64,000 nt of DNA from Bryobacterales bacterium (lineage in GTDB: Bacteria > Acidobacteriota > Terriglobia > Bryobacterales > UBA6623): assembly GCA_965248105.1 (NCBI GenBank), contig CBDFIK010000005.1, positions 120,232 through 184,231 on the forward strand. The letters are read 5' to 3'. Positions 47,394 to 55,800 of this stretch are shown here, in pieces (the stretch's first letter is position 1; each line of letters starts with the position of its first letter). Both the position numbers and the translations under genes were made by a program. The notes beneath the pieces were generated by a model. It saw only the letters and a program-made list of their open reading frames with translations. It did not search any database and had not been told where the DNA came from.

Positions 47394-48200
47394 GGCATTG
47401 TCACGTTAAGTGCTCTAATCTCGATCTGGTGATTTCGGTGTAGCCTTTGGGGATGGACACCATCTCCTTCAAGCGTCACCGCTTTCCACCGGAAATCATT
47501 CGACGCGCCGTTTGGCTCTATGCCAGGTTCACTCTGCGCTATCGGGATGTGGAGGATCTTCTTGCGGAGCGAGGCCTGGATATTTCCTACGAGAGCGTAC
47601 GGCGCTGGTTCCTCAAGTTTGGTACGCCGATTGCCCAAAACCTGCGCCACATGCGACCCATTCCCAACGGCTATTGGCATCTTGATGAGATGGTCATCGT
47701 GATTCGTGGGCAGCGTTATTGGTTATGGCGCGCGATCGACAATGGAGGCGAGGTCTTGGATTTCCTCGTGCAATCGAAGCGGAACGCCAAAGCAGCCTTG
47801 AAGTTGATGCGCAAACTGCTGAAGAAACAAGGCTGGACACCCACCCGGATCACAACCGATAAACTCAGGTCCTATCACGTCGCCATTCGAATCCTCGGCC
47901 TAACGGCTCAACACATCGACAATAAGCGTGCGAATAATCGTGCCGAGAATTCGCATCAGCCCGTCCGGCGTCGAGAACGAAAACAGCAGCGTTTCAAATC
48001 ACCGGGTTCGGCCCAACGCTTCCTGAACATCCAAGCCGCCGTTTACAATACCTTTTACCTCCAACGTCATTTATGCAATAGACTCACGTTCAAACGATTT
48101 CGGAAAGACGCATTCAATGTATGGGAAACTGCGAGTGCGGCCGCCTGAAAGGGAATCCATGCGGGCCTTTGCGGCCCAACACGATTAACGTGACAATGCC
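47394..48200 (+). mobile_element. IS6-family insertion sequence, copy 2 (807 bp)
   Basis: Same terminal inverted repeats and the same transposase as copy 1 (1 aa and at least 2 nt differences seen), in the opposite orientation. Confidence 0.9.
47447..48148 (+). CDS. IS6-family DDE transposase
   Basis: 233 aa, identical to 40986-41687 except for Ser/Arg at residue 30 (RFTLSY versus RFTLRY). Confidence 0.9.
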   Translation: MGMDTISFKRHRFPPEIIRRAVWLYARFTLRYRDVEDLLAERGLDISYESVRRWFLKFGTPIAQNLRHMRPIPNGYWHLDEMVIVIRGQRYWLWRAIDNGGEVLDFLVQSKRNAKAALKLMRKLLKKQGWTPTRITTDKLRSYHVAIRILGLTAQHIDNKRANNRAENSHQPVRRRERKQQRFKSPGSAQRFLNIQAAVYNTFYLQRHLCNRLTFKRFRKDAFNVWETASAAA

Positions 48201-48209
48201 CCCAAAACC

Positions 48210-49292
48210 GTGTTTTCAAACCGCCGGGTCGAAAACATCCTCGTCATCGGCGGAGCCGGCTACATCGGCAGCGTCCTGGTGAGACAGTTGCTCGCCCGCG
48301 GCTACCGAGTTCGGGTTCTCGATCGGTTGATGTTCGGCCGCGAGCCGATCCTCGATTTATCCTTGTTGCCGGGTTTTGAATTGCTCCAGGGGGACTTCCG
48401 GAACGCCCATATCCTCGCGAAAGCAGCGCAGCAGATGGACGCGGTCATCCACCTGGGTGCGATCGTCGGAGACCCTGCCTGTGCTCTCGACGAGCGAGCG
48501 GCCTTGGAAACCAACTATGAAGCCACGGCGCTGGTCACACAGATTGCGAAGGATCTGGGCCTATCGAGGGTGGTTTTCGCTTCCACCTGTAGCGTCTACG
48601 GAGCGAGCAGCCACACCGTTGATGAGACGGCGATCCCGCGACCGGTTTCACTGTACGGGGCGACCAAGGCCGATTCCGAAAAGATCTTGCTGGCTTCCGC
48701 GAGCGACAGCCTCCATCCCACGGTGCTACGAATTGGAACCGCGTTCGGGTGGTCCCATCGCCCTCGCTTTGACCTGGCCGTGAATCTACTGACAGCAAAG
48801 GCGCAGATCGAAGGCAAGATCGTTGTCTATAACCCGGACCAGTGGCGACCCTTCGTTCACGTGCGCGATATTGGCTCCGCGTTTTGCCGGGTGCTGGAAG
48901 CACCCTTGTGGAAAGTGAGCGGCCAGATCTTTAACGTGGGATCCAACGAAACCAACCACCAACTCATCGATGTAGCCCGAACGATCGGTCGTCTCCTCCC
49001 CGAGGTCTCCGTCGTCTACGAAACCAACTCGGACCGAAGAGACTATCGCGTCAGCTTCGACAAAATCCGTAGTGTTTTGGGATTCGAGTGCCGGACGTCG
49101 CTGCTCCAAGGCATTCAGGAAGTTTCTCTTGCGCTCCGCCGCGGAGCTGTTGGAGACTACACCGAACCGATCTACCACAACCACCGAAGAGCCGCACTTA
49201 ATGGTGCCGCCGGGTCAGCCGCACAGCGGCGACCGATCCCAGCCGCGCTACCGGCCATGTCAAGCCGAGCCGCCAGAGCGCGAACACTCTAG
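48210..49292 (+). CDS. NAD-dependent epimerase/dehydratase (extended SDR)
   Basis: Rossmann motif VIGGAGYIGS and a catalytic Y..K (YGATKAD). The GTG start lies only 10 bp after the IS6 end. Confidence 0.85.
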   Translation: MFSNRRVENILVIGGAGYIGSVLVRQLLARGYRVRVLDRLMFGREPILDLSLLPGFELLQGDFRNAHILAKAAQQMDAVIHLGAIVGDPACALDERAALETNYEATALVTQIAKDLGLSRVVFASTCSVYGASSHTVDETAIPRPVSLYGATKADSEKILLASASDSLHPTVLRIGTAFGWSHRPRFDLAVNLLTAKAQIEGKIVVYNPDQWRPFVHVRDIGSAFCRVLEAPLWKVSGQIFNVGSNETNHQLIDVARTIGRLLPEVSVVYETNSDRRDYRVSFDKIRSVLGFECRTSLLQGIQEVSLALRRGAVGDYTEPIYHNHRRAALNGAAGSAAQRRPIPAALPAMSSRAARARTL

Positions 49293-49345
49293 CCCGCTTT
49301 CCTCTACAGGTGGCGAGGCGAACCGCGTGAGAGGTTCGTCAGTAC

Positions 49346-50356
49346 GTGTCGCGCACCCCAATTCTCTTGTTGCTTGCTAACGGTAAGGCATATCATGTGA
49401 GCAGGGGGAGTCTTTTGCGTCTCGCTGGTCTACTCACGCGCGTCGTCGGTATGGTCACGGTTTGTTTCGCGACCGTAGCCGCCCAAACGCCTCCTGAGCC
49501 GAACAAATACATCGGCAGCCAAGTCTGCCAGACCTGCCATCCCGACCTGTGGCACGGCTTCAACCGCAACCCCCACTTCAAATCGATCGCACTAGCGAAA
49601 GCGCCGCCTGAGGAAACCGGCTGCGAGGGTTGCCACGGCCCTGGCGAGCTCCACGTCAAAGGGATGGGCGACAAGTCCAAGATCATCCGCTTTCCGTATC
49701 TTCCGTCCAACCAGGTTCTCGACCATTGTCTCTCTTGCCACGCCAAAGACATCGGGAAAATGCACATCCGCCGGTCTTCGCATTCCACGGGTGAGGTGAG
49801 CTGTATCAGTTGCCATTCCATCCATCACTCGAACCAGATCAGACACCTGCTGGCCGACGAGCAACGAGAGGTCTGTTACGAATGTCATCTCGACATTCGA
49901 GCCCGCTTTGAGCTGCCTTACAAGCATCGCGTGAACGAAGGCGCCATCGATTGCACCGATTGTCACAATCCGCACGGAGCACCTATGGCGACCTGGAAGA
50001 CGGCTCAGTCCCCGCGGATGGTGTCACACGCCTTCGGCAACGACATGGCGTGCTTGAAGTGTCACACGGATAAGCGGGGTCCGTTCGTCCACGAGCATCC
50101 ACCGGTGCGGGTGGAGGGCTGCCAGACGTGCCACAATCCGCACGGCAGCGTGAACCCCAGGCTGCTCACCCGTCCGGCGGTCTTCACGATGTGTTTGGAG
50201 TGCCATAACAACGTCATGGGATTCGGACCGCGGGGAGGAGGGATTCCGGCTCCCGGTACATCGCTACACAACCTGGCCAACCCGCAGTTTCAGAACTGCC
50301 TCACGTGTCACCCACGGATACACGGTTCGAACAGCGATTCCCTGTTTCGTCGATGA
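49346..50356 (+). CDS. periplasmic decaheme c-type cytochrome, MtrA/DmsE/PioA-like
   Basis: Ten CxxCH motifs counted (CQTCH, CEGCH, CLSCH, CISCH, CYECH, CTDCH, CLKCH, CQTCH, CLECH, CLTCH) in about 300 mature residues, plus a signal peptide. The start may be the GTG at 49397. Confidence 0.85.
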   Translation: MSRTPILLLLANGKAYHVSRGSLLRLAGLLTRVVGMVTVCFATVAAQTPPEPNKYIGSQVCQTCHPDLWHGFNRNPHFKSIALAKAPPEETGCEGCHGPGELHVKGMGDKSKIIRFPYLPSNQVLDHCLSCHAKDIGKMHIRRSSHSTGEVSCISCHSIHHSNQIRHLLADEQREVCYECHLDIRARFELPYKHRVNEGAIDCTDCHNPHGAPMATWKTAQSPRMVSHAFGNDMACLKCHTDKRGPFVHEHPPVRVEGCQTCHNPHGSVNPRLLTRPAVFTMCLECHNNVMGFGPRGGGIPAPGTSLHNLANPQFQNCLTCHPRIHGSNSDSLFRR

Positions 50357-52377
50357 AGATGCCGACCACCATCCGGCTGGCGACAGCTTTCGTGCTGGCG
50401 AGCTTAGTCCTCGCAGCCGAGCCGGTCGTAACGCCGACGCCGGATCGGCCTGACGATATCGAAAAGGCGGGCGTCTACACTATCTCGAATTCTTTCGAAA
50501 TGGGCTATCGGTTCAGCGACGTCAGCGGGAACCGCGACGTCTATCGCAGCAGCGTCAACTTCGGCAACGGGTTGCGGCTATTCGAGGGACAACTGAGGAT
50601 CAATACCCAAGAAGGAACGGGATCGCTTTTCGACGAATTTGCATTCAATACTGTCGGCGCGGGAAATGATCCTTACCAATCCAGCATCCTACGAATGGAA
50701 AAGAACGCCCTCTACCGTTACGACATGCAGTTCCGTATCGTGAATTACTTCAACCGGCTGCCGTCGCTGTGGAACGGCGAACACGGCGTGGATTCCGAGC
50801 GGGTCTTCCAGAACCACGACTTGACTTTGTTTCCCGGCACGCGGTTCGAGGTTCTACTGGGCTACGACCGCTACAACCACACCGGTCCAGGTTTTTCTTC
50901 CGAGGGCGTCAGCAACGTGGGGGCGTTTCAGAAAGACCAGTTCATCCGGCTGACCAACAACCTCAGGCGGCTCAACAATCAGTATCGGGTGGGGGTGAAC
51001 GTCCGGGCCGCCGGTTTGGCTATCACGTTCGTCCAAGCGTTCGACAACTACAAAGAGGACACAGAATACGGTGACGGTTCCATCTTTCCGACCCAAGCGA
51101 CCAACGTGCAGCCGGTTGAAAGCTTGAGACGTGATGAGCCCATTCACGGGAATACGCCGGTAACAAGCATCGCGATACGCACCGAGAACGAGCATCTGGT
51201 CGGCTTTCACGGCCGCTATGTGTATGCCTCGGGCAGCCGCAACTTTGTGCTGAGCGAAGACGTGACGGCGCTCGACCCAGCCCGTGGTCTTTCTACGCTT
51301 CGCCAAACCGTAATCTTGGGTGAAGGCCGCCGCAAACAGGGATCGGGGGATTTCACCGTAACCGTGATGCCATCGGACGCATGGACCATCACGAATACAA
51401 CATCGATCAACAATTCGCGGATCGCAGGGGACGCGGCTCTATTCGAGATGAGCCTATTTACGACCGAGTCCATGCGCCTGGAGGAACTGGGCGTTCGCCA
51501 CATCTCGAACGCCACGGAAGTGAACTTTCGCCCGGTCCCCAAGTTCGGCCTCTACGGCGCCTACCGATTCAGTACACGTCGCATCCGAACACGGGAGTTT
51601 TTTCAGTTCCCCGGATCTGACTTCGAGGTTCCGACCGCCGACCAAGAGAACGACATCCACTCCGGGGTGGGAGGTTTTCGCTGGCGCCCCATCCGCGGAC
51701 TTCGCATTTCGTTCGACGCCGAAGTGGGCCGCGCCGATCGGCCGCTAACCCCGATCAGCGAACGCGAATTTCACAACGAAACGGCGCGCGTGCAGTGGCG
51801 CAAGAAGGCATTCGTCTTCGGGGCTAGCTTCAAGAGCGCCGTCAACGATAATTCCGCTTCACTGATCAACCACAGCTACACCAGCCGGCAGTTTGGCGTC
51901 AACGCGTCGTGGACACAGAAGGACGGCCGCTTCACGATTGACGCCAACTATACGAAGCTGGACCTCAACACCGCATCGGGAATCTTCAATTTCTTACAGG
52001 CGACGGAACCCGGCGTGGAACGGCACAACTTCTATACCAGCAACTTGCATACCTTTTACTTCGGTTCGCGGATCCAGGCGCGTCCGCGGCTAACTTTTTA
52101 CCTCGGTTACAGCTTGGCCAAAGACACCGGCGACGGTCGTAGGCCCTCGTACAGCTCGGGCGTCGTCCCCAACTACCCCAACTTCAGCTTCGACGGGGAC
52201 TTCTATAACAGCTTTCCTCTCACCTACCAGTCGCCGCTGGCGCGACTGTCGGTTCAACTGAACGAGGTCCTCTCGTGGAACTTCGGCTGGCAGTTCTACC
52301 ACTACAGCGAGCAGTTTATCGGACAGCAAAACTACCACGCCCACGTCGGCTATTCCAGCTTCCGCTGGACGTTTTGA
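50353..52377 (+). CDS. outer-membrane beta-barrel protein, MtrB/PioB-like
   Basis: The ATG overlaps the cytochrome stop (ATGA). Signal peptide MKMPTTIRLATAFVLASLVLA. About 670 aa rich in alternating aromatic/polar beta-strand patterns. The C-terminus ends ...SSFRWTF (terminal Phe). Confidence 0.7.
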   Translation: MKMPTTIRLATAFVLASLVLAAEPVVTPTPDRPDDIEKAGVYTISNSFEMGYRFSDVSGNRDVYRSSVNFGNGLRLFEGQLRINTQEGTGSLFDEFAFNTVGAGNDPYQSSILRMEKNALYRYDMQFRIVNYFNRLPSLWNGEHGVDSERVFQNHDLTLFPGTRFEVLLGYDRYNHTGPGFSSEGVSNVGAFQKDQFIRLTNNLRRLNNQYRVGVNVRAAGLAITFVQAFDNYKEDTEYGDGSIFPTQATNVQPVESLRRDEPIHGNTPVTSIAIRTENEHLVGFHGRYVYASGSRNFVLSEDVTALDPARGLSTLRQTVILGEGRRKQGSGDFTVTVMPSDAWTITNTTSINNSRIAGDAALFEMSLFTTESMRLEELGVRHISNATEVNFRPVPKFGLYGAYRFSTRRIRTREFFQFPGSDFEVPTADQENDIHSGVGGFRWRPIRGLRISFDAEVGRADRPLTPISEREFHNETARVQWRKKAFVFGASFKSAVNDNSASLINHSYTSRQFGVNASWTQKDGRFTIDANYTKLDLNTASGIFNFLQATEPGVERHNFYTSNLHTFYFGSRIQARPRLTFYLGYSLAKDTGDGRRPSYSSGVVPNYPNFSFDGDFYNSFPLTYQSPLARLSVQLNEVLSWNFGWQFYHYSEQFIGQQNYHAHVGYSSFRWTF

Positions 52378-52638
52378 GGCAGGGTCGGCAACGATGGTGC
52401 CACTCGGGCCAGCTAGTGACAGCCGGCACTCGTGCCGCTCAATTGCTGCCTACGAGATGAGCGAACCACGTGACCGGCACGCCTGCCGGTTAGTCGCCAC
52501 GCAAGCAGTGACGATAGCCGCAAGTCGCGACCCAAGAGTCGCTTGGGGTGTTTTCTTACGTACTGGAACCCGATTTTTCTTGACCTGAGCGGGCCACAAG
52601 ACTATACTCTATGGTAGGAGAATAAAAGGCGAAGAAAG

Positions 52639-53625
52639 GTGTCCTTGCCAACGAACATCCGGGTCGGTCCGGCGGGTTGGTCTTACGACGACTGGAAGGG
52701 AGTAGTCTACCCGCGGAACCAGCCACGCGGTTTCCACCAGGCGGCCTATCTGTCGCAATACTTTCCGGTCATCGAGATCAACACGTCTTTTTACAGGCCC
52801 TTGCGACCCGAGCTGTCGCTCGTTTGGGTGAAGAAGGTCGAGAGCTTGCCCTGCTTCGAGTTTACGGCGAAGCTTTATCGCGGATTCACCCATGAGCAGC
52901 ACCTCAACAAAGAAGAGGTGAGACGCTTCTCTGACGGACTCGCCCCTTTGGTGGACTACGGGCGGCTAGCTTGCGTGCTGATGCAGTTTCCCTGGGCGTT
53001 TAGATACAACGCCGAGAACAGGAGATATCTTCTCAGGCTCCAGCGAGCTTTCCGGCAGTATCCACTGGTTGCTGAAATGCGGCACGCCAGTTGGAATTCC
53101 GAAGAAGCTCTGAAGCTTTTCATCGAGCACGAAATCGGTTTTTGCAACATCGACCAGCCACAGCTACACCAGTGTCTTCCTCCCACTTCTCATGTGACGT
53201 CGCCAGTCGGCTACGTACGGCTGCACGGTCGAAACTACCAAGAATGGTTCAACTTCGAAGAGCGCGATCCGAATCGGGGCGGGCTCAGCGCTGTTCAAGC
53301 GCGGTACAACTACCTCTACACGAAACCGCAGCTGGAAAAGTGGAAAGACCGCATCGAGCGGATCGCCGGCCAAAGCCGAACGACCTATGTGATCACGAAC
53401 AACCACTTCCGAGGGCAGGCGGTCGTGAACGCCCTGCAATTGACGGAGATGATCTCGGGCGAGCCGGTCGACGTCCCTCTTCAACTACTCGACCACTACC
53501 CCGAACTATCACCGATCGCTAAGAACACGCCTGCTCAGGGGTCGCTGTTTGTGATGCCGGCCCCGCGGACGAGCGGTAGGAGTTCCCCAGCGAAAAAGGA
53601 CAAAAAGCCGAATACGGCAGCGTAG
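52639..53625 (+). CDS. DUF72 (YecE-like) family protein
   Basis: N-terminus IRVGPAGWSYDDWKGVVYP and overall length are typical of DUF72. Confidence 0.85.
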   Translation: MSLPTNIRVGPAGWSYDDWKGVVYPRNQPRGFHQAAYLSQYFPVIEINTSFYRPLRPELSLVWVKKVESLPCFEFTAKLYRGFTHEQHLNKEEVRRFSDGLAPLVDYGRLACVLMQFPWAFRYNAENRRYLLRLQRAFRQYPLVAEMRHASWNSEEALKLFIEHEIGFCNIDQPQLHQCLPPTSHVTSPVGYVRLHGRNYQEWFNFEERDPNRGGLSAVQARYNYLYTKPQLEKWKDRIERIAGQSRTTYVITNNHFRGQAVVNALQLTEMISGEPVDVPLQLLDHYPELSPIAKNTPAQGSLFVMPAPRTSGRSSPAKKDKKPNTAA

Positions 53626-53688
53626 GATTTGCGGCGCTACTGACGTCCGAACTGCCACGGTCAGACCTGCTTAGGCGGTTGTGCGCAC

Positions 53689-53948
53689 TGGAACGAGAAC
53701 TTTGTCTCGTTAGGCGGGTGTTGGACGGACGCGGACTCATCCATGCCCAGCGGCCTCATCTCTGGACCGCTCCGTTACCGTCGCGGCTCTGATTCGCTCG
53801 TCCCGAGGGTGTGCGAGGGCAAGGAACTGAGCCTGGAACGCTAGTGACAGGCCAGGTATCCGCAACGACCGTGGGCGCCATGGCCGCTCGCTCACACTCG
53901 CGCCTCCGTGCTCTGGGATATCAAGGGCGGAGCCCTTGGCTAGTTAGA
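53689..53948 (+). repeat. F4 structured repeat element, copy B (with a ~115-nt internal insertion)
   Basis: Hairpin GGAACGAGAACTTTGTCTCGTT, then GCCCAGCGGCCTCATCTCTGGACCGCTCCGTTACCGTCGCGGCTC, then hairpin CAAGGGCGGAGCCCTTGGCTAGT. Confidence 0.75.
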
Positions 53949-54073
53949 GACGTCGCGGTAGCACCGGCAATCTTGGCTGCGGGCGTTTGCTCTGGGCCCA
54001 CCTATTCAACAACCACCGGGCCGCCGCTGAGCCGCTTGTGACCGTCAAGGATTTTCCTACGCGAACGAACCTC

Positions 54074-54886
54074 TTAGTCGTCCGCCCGCAGCAGAAGATT
54101 GATGGCGGCGACAAAGACGTGGAACAGGCCGGCGAACAGCATCAAAGCCCCCGGGATAGGGCTGTCGATCTCGGGGTTATTCAGGACGTCGCTCGTGGCG
54201 TACACCAGAATGAAGACGCCGAATATCCCGATAACACCGGCGATCAGCATCCCCAGGAATCCGATTTGTAAGAAGGCATTCAGGACTAGCACACCGATGA
54301 TGCTGAAGAAGATGCCCGTCATCAGGCCGCGTGGCGCGGAGAAGGTTTTCCGCGTCGTCATGACGTAGAACGTGACGGCGCAAAAAACGGTGGCCGTTAG
54401 AATCATCGCGCTCTGTACGATGTCGGGCGAAATCACGCTAGCGAGATGCAGAACGGGCGCCAGCACCAAACCCGCGACGAAGCCGTCGCCGACCAGGGCC
54501 GTGACACCGAGCACCGGGTTGTGCCGAACTGCTATCGCAATGCGGGGTACCACGTTTAGCACGACCATGGCGAGGATCCAACCCATCCAGCCGGAGAACA
54601 GCTCGACCATCATGGTTGAGCTCGCGCCCACCATGCCCCCGGCGATGCCCGCTGTTACAGCCAGCCCCAACAGAAGATAGGTTTTCTTGATGACTTCGGC
54701 TCGATTACCCTCGAGCGCCGTCTGGCCCCACAGCTTTTCGCCGACCGTCAAAGAAGGGCCGACGTGCTCCGTTGCCAAATCGCTCGTGAGATACGACCGC
54801 TTAACGGATTGCGAAGCGAAATCGTAACCGCAGTCGCAGCGCTCGGCGCCGGCGGGGACGAGCAACCTGCAATTCGGGCAAACCAT
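54074..54886 (-). CDS. Bax inhibitor-1/YccA family membrane protein with an N-terminal zinc ribbon
   Basis: MVCPNCRLLVPAGAERCDCGYDF followed by 7 hydrophobic spans of the BI-1 type. Confidence 0.8.
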   Translation of the reverse strand: MVCPNCRLLVPAGAERCDCGYDFASQSVKRSYLTSDLATEHVGPSLTVGEKLWGQTALEGNRAEVIKKTYLLLGLAVTAGIAGGMVGASSTMMVELFSGWMGWILAMVVLNVVPRIAIAVRHNPVLGVTALVGDGFVAGLVLAPVLHLASVISPDIVQSAMILTATVFCAVTFYVMTTRKTFSAPRGLMTGIFFSIIGVLVLNAFLQIGFLGMLIAGVIGIFGVFILVYATSDVLNNPEIDSPIPGALMLFAGLFHVFVAAINLLLRADD

Positions 54887-55003
54887 GTGTCACCTCTCTG
54901 TACATTTTACTGATGTTCACAGCATAGTAGTGATGGTCCCCTTTTCGGCAGTTTCGGCAGACCACCGCGCATTCACAACGCGGATGAACGACAGCGTTTG
55001 TTT

Positions 55004-55030
55004 GTACGGGCGCGACATGTCGCGCCCTTT
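55004..55030. repeat. REP-like palindrome (type B)
   Basis: GTACGGGCGCGACATGTCGCGCCCTTT. Confidence 0.8.
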
Positions 55031-55081
55031 CCAGCATGTTTGGCTGGTGTTGGTCAGTATATTTTGTCGAATATTAGTAAG

Positions 55082-55675
55082 TTAGATGTCCAGCAAATAC
55101 CCTGCCTTGCCCACGTTTCTTGCGCGCGTCTTCCCAAAACTCACTGATTTGCCGGCCGCCTCGTGGATGTGGCCGCAGAAGAAGTATTCCGGCCGGTGCT
55201 GTTCGATGAACTTGCGGACAGCCCGGCTGCCGGCGTGCAGGCCCGTCTGAACCTCATCAAGGGCCGTTTCGAAGGGTGGAGCATGGCAGATGAGAACGAG
55301 CGGTGAAAGGCTGGTGAAGGCTTCCAGCTTAGCGGCGATCTCTTCTTCGCTGTATTCGCCCGGCGTGTCGAAGGGCGTCGGGTTGGAATAGCCGAGGCCC
55401 GCCAGGTGGTAGCCCGCAGCTTCGAAAGTCCGTCCGTGGAAATCCTGAAACCCGAACTCCTCGCAAAAGGAAGCAATCTGCTCGGCTGACTCATGGTTGC
55501 CCGGCAGGACCCAGAGTTTCCCGCCCAGCGGGCGTAAGATCTCGCCGCACTCGGGAAGTCCGCGTGACCAGCTCACAAGATCGCCCGCCGAGATATAGAT
55601 GTCGCCCTCAACAGACGCTACTCGCTCCAGCGATCGGAGATCATTGTGGATGTCAGAGAAGATCTGAACTTTCAT
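55082..55675 (-). CDS. metallophosphoesterase
   Basis: MKVQIFSDIHND, AGDL, LPGNHES and GHIH motifs. The internal Met (55675) was chosen over the ORF start at 55735. Confidence 0.8.
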   Translation of the reverse strand: MKVQIFSDIHNDLRSLERVASVEGDIYISAGDLVSWSRGLPECGEILRPLGGKLWVLPGNHESAEQIASFCEEFGFQDFHGRTFEAAGYHLAGLGYSNPTPFDTPGEYSEEEIAAKLEAFTSLSPLVLICHAPPFETALDEVQTGLHAGSRAVRKFIEQHRPEYFFCGHIHEAAGKSVSFGKTRARNVGKAGYLLDI

Positions 55676-55800
55676 CCGTGCCTTCTCGCGTCCTGCAATC
55701 CCGCGAATCCCAGTGTATGACAAGCGAAGGGCCAATCGCCGCCGAGACTTCGGCGAAGGGGCATAAGTCGGCCAATAAGGTCGTTTGATACGATTGCGAT

